Positions 30,398-39,970 of a stretch of 64,000 bases of DNA are shown piece by piece (the first letter of the stretch is position 1; each line of letters opens with the position of its first letter). The notes beneath the pieces were generated by a model that had not been told where the DNA came from, ran no database searches, and was given only the letters and a program-made list of their open reading frames with translations. This DNA comes from Patescibacteria group bacterium. GTDB taxonomy: Bacteria; Patescibacteriota; Microgenomatia; UBA1400; MFAQ01. Both the position numbers and the translations under genes were made by a program. The stretch covers positions 178,059 to 242,058 of the forward strand of contig CALRDV010000001.1 of NCBI GenBank assembly GCA_943355005.1, in the 5' to 3' direction.

Positions 30398-31228
30398 TTG
30401 ATGTTCTGGGATACACTAGAGATAGTGAATAAAACAATTATTTCCTTGTTTTTTGTGGCTTTAACGTTTTGGGGTTTTGGTTTCGTAATGGGAAAAAATA
30501 TGCAAAACGTTAAATTTGTTCCAATTAAATCAAAGGTAGAAACTGTTCCTGTAGAATCGGCAATTGATAGGTATGGAAAATATTTGGAAAAGTATCCATT
30601 TTTAAATTTGTCAAAAGACTACTTTGAAAAAGATGATCTTTATCAATATGATATTGTTAAGAATCCTTCGTTCCAATCATATCCTTCAATAGTAATCACT
30701 TCTGGAGGGTGGAAAATCTTTCCTGATACAAAACCTTCAAGTCTTGAAGAAGTGCTGGGTGATTATAGATCGCAAAAAGAACAGAGGAGAGATTCGGATA
30801 TGAAAATATGGGATGATTCTGAACTAGTATCTGAGTTTAGAAAGTATCCTTATTTTGCTGGATATTTTTTACCAGACTTAACTGTTGATTTTGTTGACAA
30901 GTTTGATGTAAACAAGGATGGGCTTGATGAGTATGTTGTTTATGGAAGTTCTGTTACTATGATGGCTAAAGACATTAGAAGGGTAATTATTGTTGATTCA
31001 AAAGGGAAAATATTATTTGAATATTACGATAGATCTCTCGAAATTGTTTCCATAAAGGATGGGAATGGTTTTTATTTATTGTCTGCTCACGAGGAAGACA
31101 TGGAAGTGCCTTGTTGTGCAAGAGTCAAAATTAAAACAAGATTTGTTTATAGCAATAATACTTTCACTCCTGTTTATGAACAGAAGGTCGTTTACGTAAG
31201 GATTGGTAATATCGAAGACTACCCTTAA
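30398..31228 (+). CDS. membrane-anchored hypothetical protein (276 aa)
   Basis: N-terminal TM 'IISLFFVALTFWGFGFVMG'. No motif recognised. Confidence 0.5.
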   Translation: MMFWDTLEIVNKTIISLFFVALTFWGFGFVMGKNMQNVKFVPIKSKVETVPVESAIDRYGKYLEKYPFLNLSKDYFEKDDLYQYDIVKNPSFQSYPSIVITSGGWKIFPDTKPSSLEEVLGDYRSQKEQRRDSDMKIWDDSELVSEFRKYPYFAGYFLPDLTVDFVDKFDVNKDGLDEYVVYGSSVTMMAKDIRRVIIVDSKGKILFEYYDRSLEIVSIKDGNGFYLLSAHEEDMEVPCCARVKIKTRFVYSNNTFTPVYEQKVVYVRIGNIEDYP

Positions 31229-31652
31229 ATCTATAAAAGTTCACCAGACCTATCAGATTGGAACCAAATTTGGGAGGAATATAGGCTCATCTACCATTTA
31301 ATTAGAAGCCTCATTACAGGGCTGGGAGCTGGATGGGCTACTATACCAATTCAACGATGAATTCGTCTCGGAATTGCTGAAGGTTTAGTATATTACGTGG
31401 CAAATCACTGTCTCAGATACTTAAGGGACTAGATAAGCCTCAATTGCAATTACTGTTGTCGGGCTGTCAATGTACTGGATTATGTATTTTTTCCCTGAAC
31501 AGCTTGTGGGAGAAGTAACCCGAGTTGACCTAACACGGGATGTAAAAATACCAGAAAGTGGGGAAAAAGGTCAAGATGATATATGGTGATTTGGTTCGCT
31601 GATTGTCTTTAATAACTTCTACGACATCCTCTACTGGCTCGATTTCTCCCAC

Positions 31653-32333
31653 CTACCCCTTCGTCTTCCTGTCCTCGATGATATTTCCGTCAGACAAAGT
31701 TATGACTCTGTCGGCTCTGCGGGAGTACTCTTCCTCGTGAGTGACCATGATAATTGTTAGTCCCGCGCCGTTTAATTTTTCAAACACTTCCAGCACTTGC
31801 TCGGATGATTCCAAATCTAGATTTGCTGTGGGCTCATCCGCAAACAAAATCTTTGGCTTCGTCACAATCCCTCTGGCGATACTTACTCTTTGCTGTTGTC
31901 CTCCGGAGAGTTTCGCCGGCACATTTTCTGCTTTGTCCAGTAGCCCCACAGACTCCAGCGCTTCCTCTGCCATCGCAAAAGCGGTCTTCATCTTTAAGCC
32001 TTTCATAATTAGTGGTACAGCTACATTTTCGAGTGCCGTCAGAGTTGGGATGAGAGCATAGTCCTGGAACACATATCCCAAATTATTTAGTCGGAACAAA
32101 GTTCTTTCGTCACTTGGCATCCCGGTAGTTTCATTTTTATCAATCAAGATTGAGCCCTCCGTCGGCCTGTCCAATAAACTCATTTGATAGAGCAGAGTAC
32201 TCTTTCCGGAGCCGGATCTGCCGACGATAGCCAAGAACTGGCCGGAAGGCACCGAGAAAGATAAATTCTTCAGTGCCGCAAAATCACCGGCGGGTGTTTT
32301 GAAAACTTTGGATAATTTTTTGACTTCAATCAT
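31653..32333 (-). CDS. ABC transporter ATP-binding protein (MacB/LolD-type)
   Basis: Walker A 'GRSGSGKSTLL', signature 'LSGGQQQRVSIARG' and Walker B 'LFADEPTANLD'. Confidence 0.9.
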   Translation of the reverse strand: MIEVKKLSKVFKTPAGDFAALKNLSFSVPSGQFLAIVGRSGSGKSTLLYQMSLLDRPTEGSILIDKNETTGMPSDERTLFRLNNLGYVFQDYALIPTLTALENVAVPLIMKGLKMKTAFAMAEEALESVGLLDKAENVPAKLSGGQQQRVSIARGIVTKPKILFADEPTANLDLESSEQVLEVFEKLNGAGLTIIMVTHEEEYSRRADRVITLSDGNIIEDRKTKG

Positions 32334-32334
32334 T

Positions 32335-33603
32335 TTATCTTCCTAAAATCGCATCTAAAGTATTTTGTTTCACGATTATTCTCGCAGGTAGGTAGCCGGC
32401 TATGGCCGTGGAAGCCATCAGCAGAGCCGCCCTCTGCAACACGTCTTTCATGCTGGCGACAAGTATGCCATCGGAGAATGGAAAGTTAATCGGGTTGGCA
32501 TCGAAATATGGTTTGATGAGTAGAAATACAATTAGCATGCCTACTCCAATACCTGTAATCGCATAAAACAAAGCCTGAAAGACATACGAAATTTCTATCG
32601 CCGTCGCATTGATGCCGATTCCTTTCAGGATTCCAATGTACTTTCTTCTGGTAATCGCATTTACGAAAATGACGATAAAAATAGTAATGGTTGCCACCGC
32701 CAGTCCAATCGAGCCGATTAGGTCGCCCAAAAGAGAAAATGTCGTGGCAATATCTTTTACAAATTTTGGTAAGGCTTCGGTACTGGTCTGAATCACGGCA
32801 AAGCGGTCAAAGCCCTGGTTTAATATTAGAGATTTTACGTAGTCCTCATCCGACCCGGGAGCAATCTTGATAGAAATTTCGGAAGCATTCAAATCACTTC
32901 GGCCAATCATCTGCCTTAGTTGTCTATCCATCATGATAATTCTGTTATCGATGGAGCTGATTTTTCCTTTTAGCACTCCCTTTATCGTCACCTCTATCGT
33001 CTTGTTCCCGACGGTCAGACGAATCTTGTCTCCGACATCAGCGTCTTTTAGCGGAGAAGATCCTGCCTGCTCGACAGCCGTGTATTTAAATAGTAGGGAA
33101 GAGCCGACCAGGACTTTGTCGTCATCTGTGTCATTTAGATACTGACCGTTGATGACATACTGGGACAAGCCGGTTACGGCATTTTCTTTATCCGGGTCGA
33201 TTCCGGCCACTTGGCCCACGGCAAAGTTCGGAATATCGTTTGGACCAATTTTTGTTTTGTAGCCTGATTCTATTTTTCCACTGGACAGATATCTGGCGCT
33301 AATACTGTCGACTTGTGGCAGACTCTCCAGATACTTTACGATTTGAGTCGAATCTTCGATGTAATCCTTATCCCTCAGCTCGGTCAAGAAAATATTGCTA
33401 CTGTATCTGAATTTGTTGGCATCAACCGAGCCTTGAGTCAGACCGACGAGGACCCCTCTCACCACTACCAAATTCAAGAAAGTCAAAGTCATCACAAACG
33501 AAATCAAAACGGTCGTCCAGATATTCGATCTCCGGATATCGCGCAGGGCCAAGAAGAACCCCATGTTTAGTGAAACAAGGATTTTATAAAAAAACTTATT
33601 CAT
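32335..33603 (-). CDS. ABC transporter permease, FtsX/MacB-like
   Basis: 422 aa with an N-terminal TM, a large periplasmic domain and three C-terminal TM helices. Adjacent to the ATPase gene with a 1-nt gap. Confidence 0.8.
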   Translation of the reverse strand: MNKFFYKILVSLNMGFFLALRDIRRSNIWTTVLISFVMTLTFLNLVVVRGVLVGLTQGSVDANKFRYSSNIFLTELRDKDYIEDSTQIVKYLESLPQVDSISARYLSSGKIESGYKTKIGPNDIPNFAVGQVAGIDPDKENAVTGLSQYVINGQYLNDTDDDKVLVGSSLLFKYTAVEQAGSSPLKDADVGDKIRLTVGNKTIEVTIKGVLKGKISSIDNRIIMMDRQLRQMIGRSDLNASEISIKIAPGSDEDYVKSLILNQGFDRFAVIQTSTEALPKFVKDIATTFSLLGDLIGSIGLAVATITIFIVIFVNAITRRKYIGILKGIGINATAIEISYVFQALFYAITGIGVGMLIVFLLIKPYFDANPINFPFSDGILVASMKDVLQRAALLMASTAIAGYLPARIIVKQNTLDAILGR

Positions 33604-33604
33604 G

Positions 33605-34807
33605 TTACAGAAGAAACACTTTCTTGATTTGATCTTCTTTGTTTAGTCCGGACTCGATCTCTACTTTGTCGGCTCCCATGACTCCCACTTTCACCTCGGT
33701 CTCCGTCGCTCTTCCGTTATTAAGTTTAACGACGGTAGATTTGCCATTGCTGAGTTTCAAAGCGGATCTGGGAATTGTCAGTACATTTTCTTTAAAATCT
33801 GTCGTAATCGCCAAGTTCGCCGTCATCGCCGGTCTGATTTTGGCTAGCTCATCCATGGTTGGTTTTAGTCGAATCACTACACCATACTTCACCGTTCCCA
33901 AGTTCGAGTTACCAAGAGTATCAACTCCTTCGACTACACCCTTAATTGTCGAGCCGGGTAGGGCATCAAAGGTAATCGTGGTTTCTTGTCCGGTGGAAAT
34001 CTTCCCGATATTAAATTCAGAAACTTGAAAAGAGATAGTCAGCTGATCTAGATTTGCGAGTACCAGTACCGGCTCGCCGTCAGCCAAAACTCCTACAGCG
34101 TCTCCCGTATTTTTCTTGAGATTAAAGATGGTTCCGGCAATCGGGCTCTTGGTTACCGAGTCGCGTGTGTTTCTATAATTTACACTTGCTTCCGATAGTG
34201 CGGATTTGGCAGACTGGATAGAGTCATCGGCCGCCAAGTACTGTCCCTCAATGGACTTAAAGCTACTGGTGGCACTTATCAAAGTTGATCGGATGGATAA
34301 TTTTTCGGCATCGGTGTACGACTCGTTAGTGGCCGGATTATTTTTTTGGTTACTCAAATTATCATTCAATTTATTTGAAGCATTTGTGGCATCGATAATT
34401 GCTTTTCTGGCGGCTTCCAGCTGAGACTGCAAACTAACTTTGGCATTCTCGGCGGTTTTGACGGCTACTTTGGCTGCCAGTAGTCCGGCATAGGAGGTGG
34501 CCTTTTCTTGTTCGGTGGCCGAAGATGTCACTTCAAACAAAATCTCATTTGGTTTTACATTCTGACCATTGGCGACAAAAATCTTTTTTACAATTCCTTT
34601 GGTAGGGGAGTAGACCGCGGTTACTCCGGCAGCTGTCAGAGAGCCGGTTCCCTCAATTACTTCTTTCACGCTTCCCATTTCCGGATTTGCATACTCGGAG
34701 ATTGTCACCTTTTTAGGTTTAAAAGCAAAAGCCAAAAATGCCACCAAAACCACTCCCAAGACAAGCCAAGTTTTATATCTAGATATCCATTCCATCTGTG
34801 GTTTCAT
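33605..34807 (-). CDS. efflux periplasmic adaptor (HlyD/MacA-like membrane fusion protein)
   Basis: N-terminal TM, a coiled-coil hairpin region, then beta-barrel/lipoyl-like segments. First gene of the three-gene efflux operon. Confidence 0.75.
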   Translation of the reverse strand: MKPQMEWISRYKTWLVLGVVLVAFLAFAFKPKKVTISEYANPEMGSVKEVIEGTGSLTAAGVTAVYSPTKGIVKKIFVANGQNVKPNEILFEVTSSATEQEKATSYAGLLAAKVAVKTAENAKVSLQSQLEAARKAIIDATNASNKLNDNLSNQKNNPATNESYTDAEKLSIRSTLISATSSFKSIEGQYLAADDSIQSAKSALSEASVNYRNTRDSVTKSPIAGTIFNLKKNTGDAVGVLADGEPVLVLANLDQLTISFQVSEFNIGKISTGQETTITFDALPGSTIKGVVEGVDTLGNSNLGTVKYGVVIRLKPTMDELAKIRPAMTANLAITTDFKENVLTIPRSALKLSNGKSTVVKLNNGRATETEVKVGVMGADKVEIESGLNKEDQIKKVFLL

Positions 34808-34846
34808 ATATTCCTCAGGTAATTGTAGTTTACGAGCCTCCAGACT

Positions 34847-35398
34847 TCAATTCTTCTTGAAATAATTACCAAGTGCTTCAATCATCCCTGTTGCTCTTGT
34901 GGTGATGCTGGCATCTACCGGCTCTCCGTTTTCATCAAAGGCAGCCCAGACATTTTGAATCGTCACATCTTCCTTTAGAGGTATCATTCGAAGCTCAATT
35001 ACTACTTGTCTAAGTTGTTCGATAGCTCTTATTCCTCCGGAAACCGCTCCATATCCTACAAATGTTACCGGTTTATAATTCCACTCTTTGTAAATTACAT
35101 CAAGAGCATTTTTTAGTACGGCAGTATATCCGTGGTTATATTCGGGGGAGATGATGATGTATCCATCAGCCTCTTCCATTTTCTTAGCCCAATCGGTAGT
35201 GATTCCAGCGGGATATGTACCCATAGAAGGCGGCATGGCACTTTCTATAAATGGAATATTCCATTCAGACAAATCTACCAGCTCGAAAGAAAGGTCACTG
35301 TCTTTTGTGGCTTTCGCTAGATTCATAAACCAATTAGCAACTTTGATACCGTTTCTACCATCTCTGGTACTTCCTAGAATTACATTTATTTTTTTCAT
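34847..35398 (-). CDS. NAD(P)H-dependent FMN reductase (flavodoxin-like fold)
   Basis: 'MKKINVILGSTRDGRNG' is an FMN_red-type N-terminus. Length 183 aa. Confidence 0.7.
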   Translation of the reverse strand: MKKINVILGSTRDGRNGIKVANWFMNLAKATKDSDLSFELVDLSEWNIPFIESAMPPSMGTYPAGITTDWAKKMEEADGYIIISPEYNHGYTAVLKNALDVIYKEWNYKPVTFVGYGAVSGGIRAIEQLRQVVIELRMIPLKEDVTIQNVWAAFDENGEPVDASITTRATGMIEALGNYFKKN

Positions 35399-35479
35399 AT
35401 TGTGATAATAACAAGTACATTACAAAATACATAGTACGTACTATATAGTTTCTTAGTTACTCATGGTATACTATCAATA

Positions 35480-35794
35480 ATGAATACCTGTACTAGCTGT
35501 TCACCAGTCAATGTAACTCTTGGTGTTTTGGGTGGCAAATGGCGCCCGGAAATCCTGTGGCATTTAAATTCCCAAACACTCAGATTTAGCGAGTTAAAAA
35601 AACTCACATCCGGCATTACCCAAAAAATGCTGACTCAAGAGCTAAGACAATTAGAGCTTCAGGGCATCATCGTCAGGAAAATTTACCCGGTAGTTCCTCC
35701 CAAGGTTGAGTACTCACTTAGCGTCTACGGCCACACCCTGGAACCCATTCTCAAAGCCATGGCCGACTGGGGCAGAAACCACAAACCGGCATAA
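35480..35794 (+). CDS. HxlR-family transcriptional regulator
   Basis: 'CSPVNVTLGVLGGKWRPEILWHL' and 'VVPPKVEYSLS' match the HxlR wHTH. Divergent from the reductase gene. Confidence 0.8.
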   Translation: MNTCTSCSPVNVTLGVLGGKWRPEILWHLNSQTLRFSELKKLTSGITQKMLTQELRQLELQGIIVRKIYPVVPPKVEYSLSVYGHTLEPILKAMADWGRNHKPA

Positions 35795-35830
35795 AAACTT
35801 CTTAAGATTTTGTCATTCTCAGTCACAAAA

Positions 35831-35852
35831 AACCGCACTTAAAAAAGTGCGG
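35831..35852 (-). terminator. Rho-independent terminator for 35861..37198 (-)
   Basis: accgcactt-aaaa-aagtgcggt. A T-run follows on the minus strand. Confidence 0.7.
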
Positions 35853-35860
35853 TTAAAATC

Positions 35861-37198
35861 CTAGTACCCCATGAGCTTGAGAGTCAGTTCGTAATTATGA
35901 GACAGGTCTTGTGCTCTCATTACCTGTTTACCGGTGTCCACCTCTACTCGATAAAACTGGATGTCACAAGTTTGGAGTTCAGGATTTCCATCTTTCCAAA
36001 CAATTTCAGGTTCTCCCACAAAACAGTATGCATTAGCTTGCGGGGGCGCAAATTCCCGTACCCGGCTGATTTCATATTTAAATAAGCCGTGGTATCCAAG
36101 TATTGGAGTTGTAAATTTTCTGACTTCTGCAACAGGTTGGATTGATTTGACTACAAACTGTGGTTCGCTCGAATCCATGATCTCATCTTTTGTCCGATAT
36201 TCCGTAAACCATTGATTACCCCGTTTCATCAAGGTGAACATATTCGAAACAAATTCGGTGGTTGTTTCTGCCATTAGATCTTGCCAGTGTTTTTCGATCA
36301 ATTCTCGTGCATCCGGACCTTCAATTACCTGGTCGAGTTTTGCTCCCAAAGGAATCATCAAAAGTCTGGTCCCATCGTTCCAGCCATGGCAGGAAATTTC
36401 CATTGCTATTGATGGGTACTTATCTTCACTATATTGAATTCCACCAAGGCTACCGATGGATAAAAGGTGTGCGAATGCCAATTCACCTTCGGGGTGAAAC
36501 TTGTCGTAAGCGAAATAAGGCAAATTGCTCTGATCCCGGTTTTCTAGAATGGTTGGGTTAGTATATTGTTGATGCATCCTCACCCGTTGTATCTCAGTCC
36601 GGCATTGAAAAACTTGAGAAGAATTGTTTGGATCGAGCCCGGGGAGCATGATTTCCATCAATCTTGCACGGTTGAGTCCAACCATCTTTTCTCTGTATTG
36701 TTTCTGGTTTTCCATTCCGCCCAGTCTGGCCCATGCAAGTTGGTCAGTTAAAAAGCCATGAGCTTTAGTTGACTCAATAAAAGGATACTCAAAACGACGT
36801 ACATAATCTGCGTAATCGACAACAAATACCTTGCCGAATTCGCCGGCTTCAAGTTTTAGAAACTCTTTTCTGGTAATTCGGCCCCCTCGGCGATTCCTGT
36901 CGCTCGACTTATACGAGTAGGAATATGCCTGCTTAATTCCCTCGAGCGTGGAAAGCGGTCCAGCGCGGTGAGCGACGATAATCTTCAGGCGTCCGTCGGC
37001 GCCAATTCCAAGGTACTCCGCAGACATGGTCGTAAAATAACGATTCCAAACATATGATCCTGTTGGCGAAGCCAAACGAGCCTGGATGATCTCGGGAATG
37101 GTAGCTATCTTCCCTCCTTCGTTTGCGTATGCCATTGCGTTTGCCCAAGCAGGAACCAGACCGTCCAAATGAAAAAATCCCATAGCAAGTCTTTGCAT
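35861..37198 (-). CDS. hypothetical protein (445 aa), locally elevated GC
   Basis: Long intact ORF. No motif recognised. Its composition looks richer in G+C than neighbouring genes. Confidence 0.5.
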   Translation of the reverse strand: MQRLAMGFFHLDGLVPAWANAMAYANEGGKIATIPEIIQARLASPTGSYVWNRYFTTMSAEYLGIGADGRLKIIVAHRAGPLSTLEGIKQAYSYSYKSSDRNRRGGRITRKEFLKLEAGEFGKVFVVDYADYVRRFEYPFIESTKAHGFLTDQLAWARLGGMENQKQYREKMVGLNRARLMEIMLPGLDPNNSSQVFQCRTEIQRVRMHQQYTNPTILENRDQSNLPYFAYDKFHPEGELAFAHLLSIGSLGGIQYSEDKYPSIAMEISCHGWNDGTRLLMIPLGAKLDQVIEGPDARELIEKHWQDLMAETTTEFVSNMFTLMKRGNQWFTEYRTKDEIMDSSEPQFVVKSIQPVAEVRKFTTPILGYHGLFKYEISRVREFAPPQANAYCFVGEPEIVWKDGNPELQTCDIQFYRVEVDTGKQVMRAQDLSHNYELTLKLMGY

Positions 37199-37284
37199 GT
37201 ATTGCTCCTTTCCCTTTTCGGGGGTTTTAGGATGGAAATGTGCTTCTGGAAAACCCAGAGCGTCTGTATTATCACATTTTTATC

Positions 37285-37623
37285 TCAAAATCTCAATCCC
37301 ATAAGTCTTTCTGGACGGTCCTTCAACTTAATTCCCCTTAGCCCCAAAACTACCAAAAATATTATAAGAACTTTTAAGCCGTAACTCCCTTGTGCATTCA
37401 TAAAGTTCTTGACCATCAAAGTATTTGTCCCTACAAGCAGATGCACCAAAATTCCCAGAGGAAGTGTCAGGTATAGCCAATTTTCTTTTGGAATCACGAC
37501 TCCAATTTTCAAAAACAACTTACTTAGCCACGGCGCCAGCAGATACATTCCCAAGAAAGAAGCAGCCAGATCAAAAATCGCATATCCTCCCACCCGGAAC
37601 GACCTTAAATATTCAATTGTCAT
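37285..37623 (-). CDS. small membrane protein (112 aa)
   Basis: Three predicted TM helices. Confidence 0.4.
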   Translation of the reverse strand: MTIEYLRSFRVGGYAIFDLAASFLGMYLLAPWLSKLFLKIGVVIPKENWLYLTLPLGILVHLLVGTNTLMVKNFMNAQGSYGLKVLIIFLVVLGLRGIKLKDRPERLMGLRF

Positions 37624-37693
37624 ATCTTCATATTACTCTAGTGGTAATCTGATCGTGGATAATAAATAGCTTGTGTTGGTTATCTTTCCTGCC

Positions 37694-38242
37694 TCAAACT
37701 TTGATGGCGTTCACAACCTGTGTCGCAGGTGTAAATACCCTGACTCCCCCTGATCCTTGAAAATAGGCTACGAACGAAGTGGGGACACCCTTCTCGTTTA
37801 GTACACCAATTACTGTTACTCTAAAGTTGTAATCATCTTTGAGTACCACTTCACCTTTCTTCCTCTGTGATGCCTCCCTAACTGTGTCTTTACCAAAGTA
37901 ATCAACAGTAATTGCACCACCAAGTCGTTCACCATGAGCCAATAATTCTTTTATTTTATTGTTTCCCACCAATCTTGTTAATGGCTCTACATTTCTACCG
38001 TTAAAAAAATTAGCAATATGTTGCATAAATATCGGGGTTAATTCCGTTTTAGTCAAGAAACCTTCTTCTTTAAGATATTCAATTTGTTGAACTGTCGGGC
38101 GGGTGGTAGAGAATAGAGTTGCAATTTCGTCAATTTTTTCCATGATTCTGGGCTGAGTAGGTAATTTGACACCAGGAAACATCGTGCCCCATGCAATCTC
38201 AAAATCAGTCTGAATATTTATATTTTCCTCGCTTCCTACCAT
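37694..38242 (-). CDS. hypothetical protein (182 aa)
   Basis: Intact ORF. No motif recognised. Confidence 0.45.
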   Translation of the reverse strand: MVGSEENINIQTDFEIAWGTMFPGVKLPTQPRIMEKIDEIATLFSTTRPTVQQIEYLKEEGFLTKTELTPIFMQHIANFFNGRNVEPLTRLVGNNKIKELLAHGERLGGAITVDYFGKDTVREASQRKKGEVVLKDDYNFRVTVIGVLNEKGVPTSFVAYFQGSGGVRVFTPATQVVNAIKV

Positions 38243-38379
38243 ATGAGCATATTATAGTAATCTATTGCTAATCTCTACAATAATCTTTGTAGCTGGCAAA
38301 AGTGGTAACATCTTTTTATAGAAGAAAATAGTTAATGGGTAATACAGAAGTTAGCGTCTAACCTAATAAACGATAAAAT

Positions 38380-39522
38380 ATGTCTGAATCTAGCACAGAA
38401 TACGATGGTCGGTTGACCGATGTCATGAATTATCCTCCATCAGGAGAACGTGAAGGTAATGATAAAAATTTTGAAGTAATTGGAATTCCGGCTTTTGTTG
38501 CTGAGTTCAATGCTAAGGCATCAGTCGCCCAAAAAAGAGCTTTAATGCAGACGATGTATCTCTTACCTTCTCACTTTAGTGATTTACTGGTAAATTCTCT
38601 CGTAAAAGCCTCTAAGAGGGGAGTTGAGGCTTCTATCGTTACGGATGGCATTGTCAAAATTTCTCGAGCCAGAGACAAGGCAACTGCGGCAATTCTTGGT
38701 AGCAACTCTACCAGGGAATTTGACGTATATGCTACTAAAAAAATGGATGAAAAACTGAAAGACAGTGGAGTAAAAGTAGTAGAAAGTCGACCTTTTACCA
38801 AGCTTAACCTGCTTTTATTCGCTTTCAAAAGAAATCACTTCAAAATGGCAGTAGTAGATAATACAGCCTGGATTGGAGGACTCAACGCAGGCAAAGAATC
38901 TGATTTTAATCGGATAGATTTTATGATGAGGGTTACGGACCAAGAACTGGTTGACGAATTGGCATCAATTATTCAGGCACCGGAAAAAATAAATAAGGAT
39001 TATTCAAAAACAGTTGGCAATGTAGATTTGATTGTTGATGGTGGTGTTCCAGGTCAATCTATTATTATGGAAAAAGTTAACCAGGCAATTGAGTCTATTG
39101 AGCATCCTGAGGATGCAGAAATTACAATTCTCTCCCCGTGGGTTCCGGATGGTAAATTGCTTGATGTCTTACATGAAGCAGGGTTGAAGGGTACAAAAAT
39201 TACCGTTGTTACGAGTTATCACCCTTTTGAATTCGCCTTCGAAGGGGTTTACGCATTGGTAAAAAATTACAACATTCTAATGATGAATCTAAAAGGTAAA
39301 AGACTCACAACCTTATACACGCCTTTAGAGGTCCATGGAAAGATGTTATTTATCAGAGACGGCTCAAAGAAAACTGCCATGATTACAACTCACAACTTTA
39401 CAGACAAGGGTGTAAAGATGGGAACGGCAGAGATCGCTCTCATGTCTCAAAACGAAACTTTTGCAGATTCTTGTAACACTTTTATAGAAAAAGTAAAATC
39501 TGTCTCAAAAACCACAAAATAA
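38380..39522 (+). CDS. PLD-superfamily protein (one canonical and one degenerate HKD motif)
   Basis: Motif 1 'HFKMAVVDNTAWIGGLNAG'. Motif 2 'VHGKMLFIRDGSKKTAMITTHNFTD' is degenerate. Confidence 0.5.
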   Translation: MSESSTEYDGRLTDVMNYPPSGEREGNDKNFEVIGIPAFVAEFNAKASVAQKRALMQTMYLLPSHFSDLLVNSLVKASKRGVEASIVTDGIVKISRARDKATAAILGSNSTREFDVYATKKMDEKLKDSGVKVVESRPFTKLNLLLFAFKRNHFKMAVVDNTAWIGGLNAGKESDFNRIDFMMRVTDQELVDELASIIQAPEKINKDYSKTVGNVDLIVDGGVPGQSIIMEKVNQAIESIEHPEDAEITILSPWVPDGKLLDVLHEAGLKGTKITVVTSYHPFEFAFEGVYALVKNYNILMMNLKGKRLTTLYTPLEVHGKMLFIRDGSKKTAMITTHNFTDKGVKMGTAEIALMSQNETFADSCNTFIEKVKSVSKTTK

Positions 39523-39619
39523 AACCATTAAGTTGCAAAATCTGATGTTGGGCACTGGAAGAATCGGGATAGAACCAAAGCTGGGAGGAGTTTAAGTTTT
39601 TCTCTGGTACAAAATAGAT

Positions 39620-39970
39620 TTATATTGCTAAAAAAAATCCAATAATCACGACTATGATACTCCAGATCTGTGTTTTCCAGCCTTTATGGCGACGAAAAGC
39701 GCTATCTGGTAAAGCAAAAATCGACGCAGGAAAAACGCTGACTAAAGAACTATTCTTCAGTGAAGGTTTGAGAGTGTATGATTCCTTCTTAAAAAAATAA
39801 TATATACCACCAATTATTAGCAAGATACCAAACAGACGAGTTGATTTACCATCTAGAATAAAAGTCATAAAATTCGGAAATAAAACAGCAATCATTAAGA
39901 ATAGAAACGTAAGAATAGCTGATCCGAAAACACCGTATTTATAGTTCTTAGCTACATCCTTTTGCTTCAT
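39620..39970 (-). CDS. small membrane protein (116 aa)
   Basis: Three TM helices. Confidence 0.4.
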   Translation of the reverse strand: MKQKDVAKNYKYGVFGSAILTFLFLMIAVLFPNFMTFILDGKSTRLFGILLIIGGIYYFFKKESYTLKPSLKNSSLVSVFPASIFALPDSAFRRHKGWKTQIWSIIVVIIGFFLAI

